Shown piece by piece: positions 8,456 through 18,154 of a stretch of DNA of 32,000 nt. Position numbers and translations under genes: made by a program. The notes under the pieces were generated by a model. That model was not told where the DNA came from. It searched no databases and saw nothing but the letters and a program-made list of their open reading frames with translations. The stretch spans positions 90,001 through 122,000 of the forward strand of contig CP066689.1 of the NCBI GenBank assembly GCA_016432445.1, read 5' to 3'. The DNA is from Candidatus Saccharimonadota bacterium (GTDB lineage: Bacteria; Patescibacteriota; Microgenomatia; UBA1406; GWC2-37-13). Within the stretch, counting starts at the first letter, position 1; each line of letters starts with the position of its first letter.

Positions 8456-11400
8456 TTAATTTTTTCTTAGGACGAAATCAAAGATTTTTTGGAGCAGGGA
8501 TTTTTTAGGAGTAACTGAAGTTTGCTGATTCTGAGATTCTTGCCGAGGAGAGGCGGGAGAAGAAGTGATTTTTAGTTCCTGTGTTTGAATTTTTTCTACT
8601 TTTTTATTATCTTTAACTACTTCTGATGGTTGAGTACCATAAGAAACAAAATCACCGCCAAATCCGGCAACCGCCATATAATAACCTTTAACAGTTGTTA
8701 AAGCGGCTACCGTTTTATTTTTTTTGTCAACAACGCTTGTTGGTAGGATTTTCCAGTTTTTACCATTATCCTCAGAATAAGCAAGCTTCAAAGAATTTTC
8801 AGGGAGTTTTCCCAACTGGGTTAAGTTGTATTTAATGGCGACAATTGAAGTTTTTAGAGGTTTAATGATTTTAGCATCATTAAAGAAAGACCTAAACCAT
8901 AAATCATAGACATCAGATACTTGCCAGTAAGAACCTACATGATAAGGATGTTTTTTGTAATAGATAGTGTTTGAAAGGTAGCTATCCCAAGGTAGTGTCC
9001 CGCTGTCAACAATAGCAATTACATCACTGCTTTGTAAAACTCCACCGGCCGCGGCTTTAAGATGAGGAGTTCTAACACCAGCAGTACCGATTGATGAAGA
9101 AGTTGAGGTAGTTGTTGTCGTTGTTGTTGTGCTGGTTGTAGAACTACTTGTTTTCCCGGCAGAAAAAGGAGCAAAATCTGTAAAGTGATTAGTAGTAATG
9201 GTAATAGTATTATTATCAGTATCGACAGAGACATTGTCTGATGATTTCCATGAATTTGTCGTAGTATCCCAGTAGCCGGCAAGCAAATCATTTTCAGTTA
9301 TCCCCAAAGCGGTTAAGGTGGCTTCGGTGTAAGGCATAACTATGGTTACATTAGAATTAAAGTTAGAGGTAATTTCTGAGCCATTGCTATCTAAAGCTGT
9401 AATATCATAACCAATATTTATTGGTGTAGCTAAACTCTGATTGGGTAGTTGGGCTTTTCCAGTAACAGTGACTGTGACTGTTCCGGAACTGGCCAAGGCG
9501 CCTGCAGGTATATTAATTGTGGTTCCATCAGATAAAGTAATTGTTTTTTGGTTTGAAGCAGTGTATGTTACAGTTGTTGATTCAGGCATTGCGCCTGAGG
9601 TAGACAGACTTAAATTAAGAGTGTTACTTCCGCTTGTTGGAGTGACTACACTTTCGGCACTTCTGACAAACGAGGTTTTGGAGACATCATACATAGCTTT
9701 AATGTGCCAGTTGGTTCCGGTTGACACCGATAAGGAATAATTCCCGTTTGAATCAGCAGTTGTACCAGAATATCCACCGGTCTCACTCCAACCGCTAATA
9801 AAAGCTGATCTTGGAGTTGAGTCCTGAGTGACAGTACCAGTTATAGTGGCGTCAGCATTACCAAACTGCAGGTTTACAGTTGATGTGCCGCCGCTTGTTG
9901 GCGTCACCGAAACGCGGCTTGGGTTTATATAAGAATAGGATGGGGGGACATAAGCTTCAACATAATAGGTATTTCCTGATGGAACTTTGATAGAATATGT
10001 GCCGTCAGAACTGGTCATCGCTCCTTGACTAAACATTGACCCACGGGAAAAAGAACCAGCTGTATCATTGGATCGAGTATCAACCATTACCCATACGCCT
10101 GCAAAACCAGTTCCGTCAGGATCTTTAACAGTACCCGAAATAGTGGCATCGTTTTGTTTGACAATAACATTTTTGGTAGCAGTTTGACTTCCTGAAATAG
10201 TAATCTTATTATTTGAAGGAGGCTGCCTTAAGTACGAATTATTTTCTCCATCAGTAAGAGATGGGTCAATCCAGTAGCCCATATACCAATCACCAGGACA
10301 TACCTGCATTGAGTAAGATCCGTCAGTTGTGCTTACCGTGGCCATCGCATAATTCATGGCTCCGGAATTCGCAAAAACTTCGGCTCGGACGCCGGTAATA
10401 GTAGATCCTGTATCTGAATCCTTTTTAAGATACCCGTTTATAGTTCCTGTAGCTTGAGTTAAGGCAACGTTAGCAGAGATTGTGCTATTGGCAGTGGCGG
10501 TAACACTTGTTGCTGAACCAGTACAGTAACCGGCTCCTGATGGTAAGCTAACACCGATATTATAAGTACCTGCCGGCACTTTCAGCGTAAAAGTACCATT
10601 TTTGACTGGAGCACCCATAGCTGAGTAGGTCATTGGTCCAGGTCCAGAAGAACTTTCTCCTGTTTCAACATAGACATAGCCCATCTCAAGGCTAGTTAAA
10701 GTACTTCCGCTTGAGTTCACAACGCGGCCATCAATAGTGGCATTAGCTATTTGTAGGGTAATGTTATTACTACTGCTGGTTGCGCCATCAGCGACTGTAA
10801 CTTGCAGTGGAGCTTGATTATTAATATAAGTTGTGCCGCTATAACTGCCAGACATCCCCGGATCCTGAGAAACAGAGACCATCCAAGTGCCAGCAGAAAC
10901 CAGGATTGAGTAATTTCCGCTAGAGTCTGTCTCTGCATTACCCCATCCGCCGCCATTCTGTTTCCAGGTGTTAACATTTTTATTTGCCACCGCAGCACCG
11001 TTTGAGTCAAGTACTCGTCCGCTGATAGTTGAATTTTTAGAAATAAGTCTTATATTTCCTGCAGCATAGCCATCGCAAGTGCCGTCGCTATTGGCATCTT
11101 TGACTGTGAATTTGGTTTCAGCTGGTGAACCATAATTGCCTTGCCAGCTGCTTACGGTTAAGCTATAAGATCCTTCAGGTACCTTTAGATTAAATGCACC
11201 ATTTGAGTCAACATTGGCCCCATTTCCGCCACCGTTATAAGACCAGACACTGACATAAACTGAAGATTGAGGATTAGAGAGAGCACTGCCATCTGGAGCT
11301 TTGACTGTACCGGTAATAGCACAGTTGGCTGTTTGAGCAGTAAAATTAACAGTTGTTGATGTCCCAGGGCTGTCATTATTGGCAAACTTAACTCGTGTGG

Positions 11401-12058
11401 ATGTCTTGTTGTACGTCCAATCAACATTCTCAGGACTGCTACCATAATTAGCTCTTGGAGTGACCATCCAGGTTCCAGCCCCAACTTTTAAAGTATACTG
11501 ACCGCTAGCATTGGTAGTGGCTTGCACCCAGCCATTGCCCATTTCTTTATAAGCTTCTACATATGCGCCAGAGATTGGGTTACCATTGGATTTAGTTAGT
11601 GTACCGGTTATAGTATTATTGGCAGCTGTGAACGCGATTACTGCCTTACTTGAACCATCAAAATTAGTAGCCCCTACACCTCCTGATCCATCACGATAAT
11701 AAGTTTGATCGTTATTTGTAAAAGTTATTGCAATAGAATCAGGAGCTACTAAACCGTCTGGATTATTCCACGGAGTTCTCATCTCTAAAACATAAGCAGC
11801 AGCAGTGCTTCCCACTGTAATGTTGCTTAAAGAAAAAGTACCATCACTGGCTGATGTTGTCCACGCAGTAGCCCACGAAGAAGACCAAACATTTTGACGA
11901 AGCATTATCTCAGCACCTGATACAGCAGAAGAGCCTAAGCCGACCGGTTTTACAACCTTTCCTTGGATAGTAGCCGCATTAATTTTAGAGAATAAAGGAG
12001 AGATAAATAAAAAGGCAAGAAACAACAGTAATACAATGCCTAAGAATTTTTTAGACAT
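8456..12058 (-). CDS. Large secreted surface protein with 8 tandem ~98-aa carboxypeptidase-regulatory-like (Cna-B-like) beta-sandwich modules, Thr-rich linker and C-terminal domain
   Basis: 1200 aa with signal peptide. Module starts recur about every 97-100 aa: ATIQGKV, NTITGTL, CAITGTV, STISGRV, ATIDGRV, GTINGYL, ATISGTV, ATITGTV. Each is followed by ..(S/T/A)(D/S)(S/T)(N/D)G.Y(S/T)(L/I/M). A linker SSSTTSTTTTTTTTSTSSS follows. No LPXTG motif. Confidence 0.75.
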   Translation of the reverse strand: MSKKFLGIVLLLFLAFLFISPLFSKINAATIQGKVVKPVGLGSSAVSGAEIMLRQNVWSSSWATAWTTSASDGTFSLSNITVGSTAAAYVLEMRTPWNNPDGLVAPDSIAITFTNNDQTYYRDGSGGVGATNFDGSSKAVIAFTAANNTITGTLTKSNGNPISGAYVEAYKEMGNGWVQATTNASGQYTLKVGAGTWMVTPRANYGSSPENVDWTYNKTSTRVKFANNDSPGTSTTVNFTAQTANCAITGTVKAPDGSALSNPQSSVYVSVWSYNGGGNGANVDSNGAFNLKVPEGSYSLTVSSWQGNYGSPAETKFTVKDANSDGTCDGYAAGNIRLISKNSTISGRVLDSNGAAVANKNVNTWKQNGGGWGNAETDSSGNYSILVSAGTWMVSVSQDPGMSGSYSGTTYINNQAPLQVTVADGATSSSNNITLQIANATIDGRVVNSSGSTLTSLEMGYVYVETGESSSGPGPMTYSAMGAPVKNGTFTLKVPAGTYNIGVSLPSGAGYCTGSATSVTATANSTISANVALTQATGTINGYLKKDSDTGSTITGVRAEVFANSGAMNYAMATVSTTDGSYSMQVCPGDWYMGYWIDPSLTDGENNSYLRQPPSNNKITISGSQTATKNVIVKQNDATISGTVKDPDGTGFAGVWVMVDTRSNDTAGSFSRGSMFSQGAMTSSDGTYSIKVPSGNTYYVEAYVPPSYSYINPSRVSVTPTSGGTSTVNLQFGNADATITGTVTQDSTPRSAFISGWSETGGYSGTTADSNGNYSLSVSTGTNWHIKAMYDVSKTSFVRSAESVVTPTSGSNTLNLSLSTSGAMPESTTVTYTASNQKTITLSDGTTINIPAGALASSGTVTVTVTGKAQLPNQSLATPINIGYDITALDSNGSEITSNFNSNVTIVMPYTEATLTALGITENDLLAGYWDTTTNSWKSSDNVSVDTDNNTITITTNHFTDFAPFSAGKTSSSTTSTTTTTTTTSTSSSIGTAGVRTPHLKAAAGGVLQSSDVIAIVDSGTLPWDSYLSNTIYYKKHPYHVGSYWQVSDVYDLWFRSFFNDAKIIKPLKTSIVAIKYNLTQLGKLPENSLKLAYSEDNGKNWKILPTSVVDKKNKTVAALTTVKGYYMAVAGFGGDFVSYGTQPSEVVKDNKKVEKIQTQELKITSSPASPRQESQNQQTSVTPKKSLLQKIFDFVLRKN

Positions 12059-12110
12059 TTAAATAAATTTATCAAAATTTGATATTAAACTCAGGATAAA
12101 TAAATTTAAT

Positions 12111-12593
12111 TTACTTGTCAAGGGATGAATATGGAGATTGTAGTTTAAGAGTAAATGAATCAATTTTTTCTTTTATTTGTTTAAATATTTCCTCGGTGGC
12201 TTTTATTCTTTCCTCATCATCTTCAGGTGATCCGACATTTTCTTTGAATCCCATATCTTCAACATCCGGGATATCCCAAATTTCGTAATTTTTTGATTTA
12301 AAACCGAGATGTTTTACGCAGTATCGATGATAATCTTTCTTCATAAAAATAACTAAATCAGAGCTTTCTAAGGATTCTTTGGTTGTTTGTTTCCAAATGT
12401 CAGTTTCATAAGGAATAAGTAAGTAACGTTGAATAATCCTTTGGGCGTACCAGGAAATTGGCCCATTTGCACCAAGGGCAGCATTAATGCCACTTGATCC
12501 GGTTATAATATTAGATAATTTTTTTGAATTTAAATAAGCTTCAGCTAATCGGCTGCGAAAAGAATTTCCACTACATATAAAATGAATAATCAT
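12111..12593 (-). CDS. Low-molecular-weight protein-tyrosine phosphatase / ArsC-like family protein
   Basis: 160 aa. N-terminal P-loop IIHFICSGNSFRSRLAEAY (C-x5-R-S). Only 5 nt downstream of the AlkD-like gene, so probably one operon. Confidence 0.8.
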   Translation of the reverse strand: MIIHFICSGNSFRSRLAEAYLNSKKLSNIITGSSGINAALGANGPISWYAQRIIQRYLLIPYETDIWKQTTKESLESSDLVIFMKKDYHRYCVKHLGFKSKNYEIWDIPDVEDMGFKENVGSPEDDEERIKATEEIFKQIKEKIDSFTLKLQSPYSSLDK

Positions 12594-12598
12594 AAGAT

Positions 12599-13324
12599 TT
12601 ATTTTTTTAAGTAAAAGTTTTTCTTATTTTTAGGAAATTTTTCTATAGCATATCTTAGCATGGTGCGGGGCATTTTTTTGCAGTATTTATTTAAAAATTT
12701 TTCTTCCTCAGTTTGATTTTTTTTGCCAATTTCCCTTAACATCCAGCCGACAGCTTTATGAATCAGATCGTGTTTATCATTAAGTAAGATTTCTGAAATT
12801 TTTAGAGTATCTTCAAATTGATTATTTTTTATAAATTGAAAGGTTGAGATTATGGCAATTCTTTTTTTCCATAAATTATCCGACTGAGCCAGTTTATAAA
12901 GAAGCGATTTATCTTTATCCATTAAATAATTCCCAATAATGTTGGCGGCCGATAAATCTACTAAGTCCCAGTTATTGATGTTTTTAGTATTTTTAATATA
13001 AAAATCAAAAATCTCTTTTCGTCCATAGGACGATCGGCCTTTGGCCGATTTTCCTTTTTCCAGAGTTTTTTTAAATTTTTCAACAAGTATAGCTAAAGCG
13101 CTAAATCGGTATTCATGAATTTTGCTGGAAAGCATTTCTTGTAAATCATCTAAAGTTAAATCAAAATACTTTTTAACAATTTCCCGCTGTTGAGGGACAG
13201 TTAAACCTAAAAAAATATCACCTTCGCCATATTCTCCTTTTTCGGTTTTAAAAAAGCCGGATAAAAGTTTAGCTTTGACAGGATTTTTTATTTTTTGAAG
13301 ATCGGCTTTTAGATTATTTAGCAT
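12599..13324 (-). CDS. DNA alkylation repair protein (AlkD/AlkC-like HEAT-repeat glycosylase family)
   Basis: The pattern KAKLLSGFFKT..GEYGEGDIFLG..VPQQREI..., NLWKKRIAIIST and IHKAVGWMLREIGKK matches my memory of B. cereus AlkD (WLQRAAILFQL, IQKAIGWVLREYAK). I prefer ATG 13324 (MLNNLKADL...) to the tracked 13378, which would overlap mutS. TATAAT lies 6 nt upstream of 13324. Confidence 0.75.
   Translation of the reverse strand: MLNNLKADLQKIKNPVKAKLLSGFFKTEKGEYGEGDIFLGLTVPQQREIVKKYFDLTLDDLQEMLSSKIHEYRFSALAILVEKFKKTLEKGKSAKGRSSYGRKEIFDFYIKNTKNINNWDLVDLSAANIIGNYLMDKDKSLLYKLAQSDNLWKKRIAIISTFQFIKNNQFEDTLKISEILLNDKHDLIHKAVGWMLREIGKKNQTEEEKFLNKYCKKMPRTMLRYAIEKFPKNKKNFYLKK
13019..13048. repeat. Two tandem GC-rich mini-palindromes embedded in-frame in the AlkD-like gene
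   Basis: TCGTCC-ata-GGACGA (13019-13033) is followed immediately by TCGGCC-ttt-GGCCGA (13034-13048). About 57% G+C in a ~30% G+C context. On the coding strand the segment encodes KSAKGRSSYGR. Confidence 0.6.
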
Positions 13325-13364
13325 AATAGTATTATATTGTGTATTATAAAATACACAAATTCTT

Positions 13365-15998
13365 ATGCAAAACTTCACAACTCCGATGATGAAGCAGTAT
13401 GTAAAGATTAAAAAAAATTATCAAGATTGCTTGCTTTTTTTCCGCATGGGTGATTTTTACGAACTTTTTATGGAGGATGCTCACATTGGAGCCAAAGTTT
13501 TAAATATAACCTTAACAAGCCGGCCTAAAGGGAGAGACGGCAGGATACCTATGGCGGGAGTTCCTTATCACGCAGGTGATTCATATCTGGCTAAACTGGT
13601 AAAAGCCGGTTACAAAGTAGCTATTTGTGAACAGATGAGTTTGCCAAATAAATATGGGATCGTTGATCGGGAAGTGATCCGTATTGTAACTCCAGGCACA
13701 ATCCTTGATGAAAATGCATTGAATAAAAAAGAAAACAATTATATTACAGCAATTACAGTTGAAGGCAAACGTTTAGGACTGGCGATTGCTGATGTTTCAA
13801 CCGGTTTTTTTTCATCCACCGAGATAGAGTTTGTAAATTTATCTGAGGTTATTAAAGATGAGCTTTCGCGGGTTAACCCTTCCGAGTGCATTCTTCCTGA
13901 AAATCTTTATAACAATCCTGTTTTTTTGAGGCTTTTTAAAATAAACAAAGAGCCAAATATCTACTGTTTTAAAGAATGGGAAGAATATGCAAAAAGAGCT
14001 AAGGATTTTTTAAAAAAGCATTTTGGCTTAAAAACTCTTTTAAGTTTTGCCATTGAGGATAAACCTTTAGCTCTTCAAACTTCAGCTGCGCTTTTAGCTT
14101 ATCTTAAACAAACGCAAAAAGCGACGGTTTCGCACATTAAAAAAATAATCACTTATGAAAGAGATGAGCATCTGGTGATTGATCGGTCAACCATGATTAA
14201 TTTGGAACTTTTTTCAACAATCAGAGAACATGATGTCCGCGGGTCTTTGCTTTCGGTTTTAGATCAAACGCAAACGGCCATGGGTGGACGAATGCTTAAG
14301 CAATGGTTGTGTAAACCACTGACAAAAAAGGAAAAAATTATAGAAAGGTATGAGGCCGTGGAGAAACTTTTAAAATTACCGGAAGAAAGAACAAAAATAA
14401 ATGATTATTTAAAACAGATTATTGATATTGAAAGAATTCTTTCCCGGATGTCTGTCAATTTGGGTAACGCCCGTGATCTTATTAATCTTAAACATGCTCT
14501 TCGGATAATTCTTTTACTAAAAAAAGATATTCAAAAAATAAAATCTTCTCTTATTAAAAAAATCTCTCAAAAAATTTCCGATGATTTAAATCAAACGATT
14601 ACTGAAATTGAAAAATATATTGCCGATGAACCGCCGATTGATTTAAGAAGTGGAGGGCTACTCAAATCGGGAGTAAACAGTGAACTGGACAATTTAAGGA
14701 AAAAAGTAGAGTCAAGCAAAGAATGGATTTTGGAGCTTGAACTTAAAGAGCGCGAAAGGACGGGGATTTCTTCACTTAAAGTACGGTTTAACAAGGTGTT
14801 TGGTTTTTTTATTGAGATAAGCCGGGCGAATCTGCATTTGGTACCTAAAGATTACTTAAGAAAACAGACCTTAGTTAATGGCGAAAGATTTATTACTCCG
14901 GATCTGAAAAAACATGAAGAAATCATTTTAACGGCGGAGGAAAAAATAAATGATCTAGAGTACAAAATTTTTCTGGAAGTTTTAGAGCGAATATTAAAGC
15001 ACACAACTATTATTCAGGAGGCGGCTCAGAGTTTGGCCTCTTTAGATTGTCTTTTGAATTTTTCCTATCTGACTCAAAAAGAAGGATATGTTAAACCTAA
15101 GATTGTGGAGTCAGGCGAGATTATTATTAAAGGCGGTCGTCATCCGGTGGTTGAAAAATTGCTTGAGGATTCTCAGTTTGTTCCCAACGATCTTAAGTTA
15201 AATAATGATCAGCAACTTTTGCTTATTACCGGTCCCAACATGGCCGGTAAATCGGTTTTCATTAGACAGGTGGCTTTAATCGTTCTATTGGCGCAGATTG
15301 GTTGTTTTGTTCCGGCTGAGGAGGCAACAATAAGCTTAGTTGACCGGATTTTTGTTCGAAGCGGCGCCTCCGACGTCATTACTTCCGGGTTATCCACTTT
15401 TATGGTAGAGATGGTAGAGACGGCCCATATTTTGCACCACGCCACTAAAAACAGTTTGATTATTTTGGACGAGATTGGGCGGGGAACCAGTACTTATGAT
15501 GGTATAAGTATTGCTTGGGCTGTCGCTGAATATTTAGTCACTTACAGTAAAATTCCGCCTAAAATTTTGTTTGCCACTCATTATCATGAACTGCAGGTTT
15601 TAGAGAAAAATCACCCAGGAAAAATTAAAAACTATCACATGTCAGTGGCGGAAAAAGACGGAGAACCCATATTCTTATACACGCTTTCGCCAGGAGGAGC
15701 TTCGCATAGTTTTGGAGTAGCTGTAGCCAAACTGGCCGGGATTCCAGCTGAGGTAATTGAAAAAGCTAAAGTAATTTTGCAAAAACTTGAGAAAAGGCAT
15801 CTTGAGAAACCTAAGGAAACAGAGATTTTTGAGCCGACAATAATTAACCTTATTGAACATGTTATCCATCAGGAACTGGAAAAAATTGATATTCATGAGA
15901 TTACTCCTCTTGAAGCTTTAAATAAGCTGGCGGCAATGAAAGATAAATTAAAATTGTTAAAAACGGATAATGAAAAAAATTCATCAATTATCTCCTGA
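13365..15998 (+). CDS. mutS: DNA mismatch repair protein MutS
   Basis: 877 aa. N-terminal mismatch-binding region TPMMKQY..FFRMGDFYELF, Walker A GPNMAGKS, DEIGRGTSTYDG, and HYHEL. Confidence 0.97.
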   Translation: MQNFTTPMMKQYVKIKKNYQDCLLFFRMGDFYELFMEDAHIGAKVLNITLTSRPKGRDGRIPMAGVPYHAGDSYLAKLVKAGYKVAICEQMSLPNKYGIVDREVIRIVTPGTILDENALNKKENNYITAITVEGKRLGLAIADVSTGFFSSTEIEFVNLSEVIKDELSRVNPSECILPENLYNNPVFLRLFKINKEPNIYCFKEWEEYAKRAKDFLKKHFGLKTLLSFAIEDKPLALQTSAALLAYLKQTQKATVSHIKKIITYERDEHLVIDRSTMINLELFSTIREHDVRGSLLSVLDQTQTAMGGRMLKQWLCKPLTKKEKIIERYEAVEKLLKLPEERTKINDYLKQIIDIERILSRMSVNLGNARDLINLKHALRIILLLKKDIQKIKSSLIKKISQKISDDLNQTITEIEKYIADEPPIDLRSGGLLKSGVNSELDNLRKKVESSKEWILELELKERERTGISSLKVRFNKVFGFFIEISRANLHLVPKDYLRKQTLVNGERFITPDLKKHEEIILTAEEKINDLEYKIFLEVLERILKHTTIIQEAAQSLASLDCLLNFSYLTQKEGYVKPKIVESGEIIIKGGRHPVVEKLLEDSQFVPNDLKLNNDQQLLLITGPNMAGKSVFIRQVALIVLLAQIGCFVPAEEATISLVDRIFVRSGASDVITSGLSTFMVEMVETAHILHHATKNSLIILDEIGRGTSTYDGISIAWAVAEYLVTYSKIPPKILFATHYHELQVLEKNHPGKIKNYHMSVAEKDGEPIFLYTLSPGGASHSFGVAVAKLAGIPAEVIEKAKVILQKLEKRHLEKPKETEIFEPTIINLIEHVIHQELEKIDIHEITPLEALNKLAAMKDKLKLLKTDNEKNSSIIS

Positions 15999-17637
15999 CA
16001 TTATTGCTAAGATTGCGGCAGGAGAAGTAATCGAAAGACCGGCTTTTGCCGTTAAAGAACTTATTGATAATGCTGTTGATTCAGGCGCCAGTTTTATCAA
16101 GATTAATATTGATAAAGCCGGACTTGAAAGAATTACAGTTACGGACAATGGGGGAGGTATGAGCAAAGATGACATAGCCGAATGTTTTAAACCTCATACA
16201 ACAAGCAAGATTAAGGTGTTAGATGATTTAAATCACATCTTTACCTTGGGTTTTCGTGGAGAAGCTTTATCAAGTATTGCCGCCATAAGTGATTTAATAA
16301 TTAAAAGTAGAACTACAAAAGATACACAAGGAAACTTAGTTGAACTTCAAAGGGGAAAATTAAAAGATATTTTACCGATTGGGATACCATCTGGGACAAC
16401 AATAATGGTTGATAACTTGTTTTATTCGGTCCCCGCCCGGAAAAAATTCTTAAAAAGTGACCAAACTGAGTTTCGTCATATTTTAGATATCGTAATTGGG
16501 AGTGTCTTAGCTTATCCTAAAATCAGGTTTTCTTTAACACACAATAATAAATTAATTTTTGATTTACCTCCTCAGGATATTTTAAAAAGAATAAAAACGC
16601 TTCTTGGAGACTCAACTTTCAATTACTTACTGCCTTTAAATTATAAAGACTCTTATGTTCGTATCTCAGGTTTTATTTCTACTCCTCAAATTACAACTCA
16701 AACTCAAAGTAAAAATTTCATCTTTATTAATCAAAGAAAAGTGACTGATAAGTTAATCTCGCTGGCGGTTAAAGAATCTTACGGCAATTTAATTGAACCT
16801 AATGTTTATCCGGTATTTATTCTTTTTTTATCTTTGCCTTATGAAATAGTTGATGTTAATGTCCACCCGAGAAAAGAACAGGTGAGTTTTGTAGACGCCC
16901 GTTTAGTTTTTGATGCCGTAAATAAAGCTGTTTCTCAAACTTTAGCTAAAAACAATCTGACTTTTCGAAACTTAATCCACAGTAACTCAGCCATGACCAA
17001 ATCTTTTGCAGGAGTACTTTTAAAAAATGCAGTTTTACCCAAAGAAGATATCGGTCAAATTATTAAATCATCAGATATTATTCAAGTTCATAACACTTAT
17101 CTTATTACTCAAACCAGACATGGGATATTAGTAATTGATCAGCATGCGGCGCATGAGCGTATTCTTTATGAGGAATTTTGTCAGGCTTTCCAAAAACATA
17201 AGAAAGAAATATTTCACTTGCCAACGTCGATCATCCTTGATCTTTCTTTATCAGAGGGAGAACTTTTGGAGGAAAATATAGATGTTTTAAAAGACCTGGG
17301 ATTTGAGATAGAAAAATTTAAAGAGAACCTTTTTAAAGTTTATGCCATTCCTTTACTTTTTAAAGATCGTGACTGTCAGAAGTTGGTTATGGAGATTTTA
17401 GATGACATTATGCAAAACAAAGATCCTAAAAAAGTAGATGAACAAAGTAATCGAATGATTGAATATCTAGCTTGCCGGGCGGCTATTAAAGCTGGTGATA
17501 AATTAACGAAACAAGAATGTAAAGATTTGTTGGAAAAATTAGAAAAGACTAAAAGTAACTACACTTGTCCTCATGGCCGGCCGGTCAAAATCGAGATGAC
17601 GGTTTACGAACTTTCCAAGTACTTTAAGCGCGTTTAA
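15970..17637 (+). CDS. mutL: DNA mismatch repair protein MutL (endonuclease-type)
   Basis: 555 aa. GHKL ATPase motifs IAAGEVIERP, ELIDNAVDSGA, GFRGEALSSI. C-terminal endonuclease motif DQHAAHERILYE and CPHGRP. Overlaps mutS by 29 nt. Confidence 0.95.
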   Translation: MKKIHQLSPDIIAKIAAGEVIERPAFAVKELIDNAVDSGASFIKINIDKAGLERITVTDNGGGMSKDDIAECFKPHTTSKIKVLDDLNHIFTLGFRGEALSSIAAISDLIIKSRTTKDTQGNLVELQRGKLKDILPIGIPSGTTIMVDNLFYSVPARKKFLKSDQTEFRHILDIVIGSVLAYPKIRFSLTHNNKLIFDLPPQDILKRIKTLLGDSTFNYLLPLNYKDSYVRISGFISTPQITTQTQSKNFIFINQRKVTDKLISLAVKESYGNLIEPNVYPVFILFLSLPYEIVDVNVHPRKEQVSFVDARLVFDAVNKAVSQTLAKNNLTFRNLIHSNSAMTKSFAGVLLKNAVLPKEDIGQIIKSSDIIQVHNTYLITQTRHGILVIDQHAAHERILYEEFCQAFQKHKKEIFHLPTSIILDLSLSEGELLEENIDVLKDLGFEIEKFKENLFKVYAIPLLFKDRDCQKLVMEILDDIMQNKDPKKVDEQSNRMIEYLACRAAIKAGDKLTKQECKDLLEKLEKTKSNYTCPHGRPVKIEMTVYELSKYFKRV

Positions 17638-17642
17638 AAGCC

Positions 17643-17717
17643 ACAAAAAAACACTATCTACTTTGCCACCCTTCGACTTAGCTTAGGGTTATAGGCTCTA
17701 TAAATAGTGTTTTTTGT
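17643..17717. terminator. Long A-tract/U-tract hairpin between convergent mutL and the RRM gene (putative bidirectional intrinsic terminator)
   Basis: ACAAAAAAACACTAT (17643-17657) pairs with ATAGTGTTTTTTGT (17704-17717) with one bulged A. The 46-nt loop has a nested ACCCT...AGGGT stem (17668-17672 with 17685-17689). The T/A runs in the arms give a U tract in either transcription direction. Confidence 0.5.
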
Positions 17718-17725
17718 TGAGTGTC

Positions 17726-18037
17726 TCAATAAGGGCGTCGATTGTCTCTTCGAAATCCGCCGCCGTGTCCGCCTCCGCTTCTTTCTTCACGAGGTTTGGC
17801 AGTATTAACAACAATTTTTCGGCCGTCCATTTCTTTATCGTGCATCTCGGCGATTGCTTTTTGAGCATCTTCCTCATTGGTAAAGGTTACAAAACCGAAT
17901 CCTTTTGATCTACCGCTGAATCTGTCTGTGATGACAACTGCATCAGTGATCTCACCAAACTGAGCAAACATTTCTTTTAAGGAATCAGTGTTTACTGACC
18001 AAGGGAGATTACCTACGAATAATTTGTTTTTGTCCAT
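17726..18037 (-). CDS. RRM-type RNA-binding protein with Gly/Arg-rich tail
   Basis: 103 aa. RNP-2 LFVGNL, RNP-1 KGFGFVTF, C-terminal GGGHGGGFRRDNRR. Confidence 0.9.
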   Translation of the reverse strand: MDKNKLFVGNLPWSVNTDSLKEMFAQFGEITDAVVITDRFSGRSKGFGFVTFTNEEDAQKAIAEMHDKEMDGRKIVVNTAKPREERSGGGHGGGFRRDNRRPY

Positions 18038-18154
18038 TTATTTCACCGCCTTTCGATTATTTATTTTCTACACATGAAGTATTTTCAGCATTGAATTTTT
18101 TTCAAGTAGTCTAAAACCTTCTGTTTGTATGAATTGGAACTGATTAACTTTTAT

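Noticed and set aside
9093-9150. Imperfect GTT/GTC trinucleotide run as a stand-alone microsatellite
   Set aside because: It is the coding sequence of the poly-Thr/Ser linker of the surface protein. It could still vary in length, but it is not an independent feature.
9019-11484. Four 87-99-aa ORFs (9019..9291, 9441..9740, 10747..11010, 11185..11484) inside the large surface-protein gene
   Set aside because: They are alternative-frame or antisense ORFs within a well-supported 1200-aa repetitive coding region. Their low-complexity translations are typical of shadow ORFs.
17714-17908. 64-aa ORF on the plus strand
   Set aside because: It is antisense to the RRM gene, which has clear RNP-1 and RNP-2 motifs.
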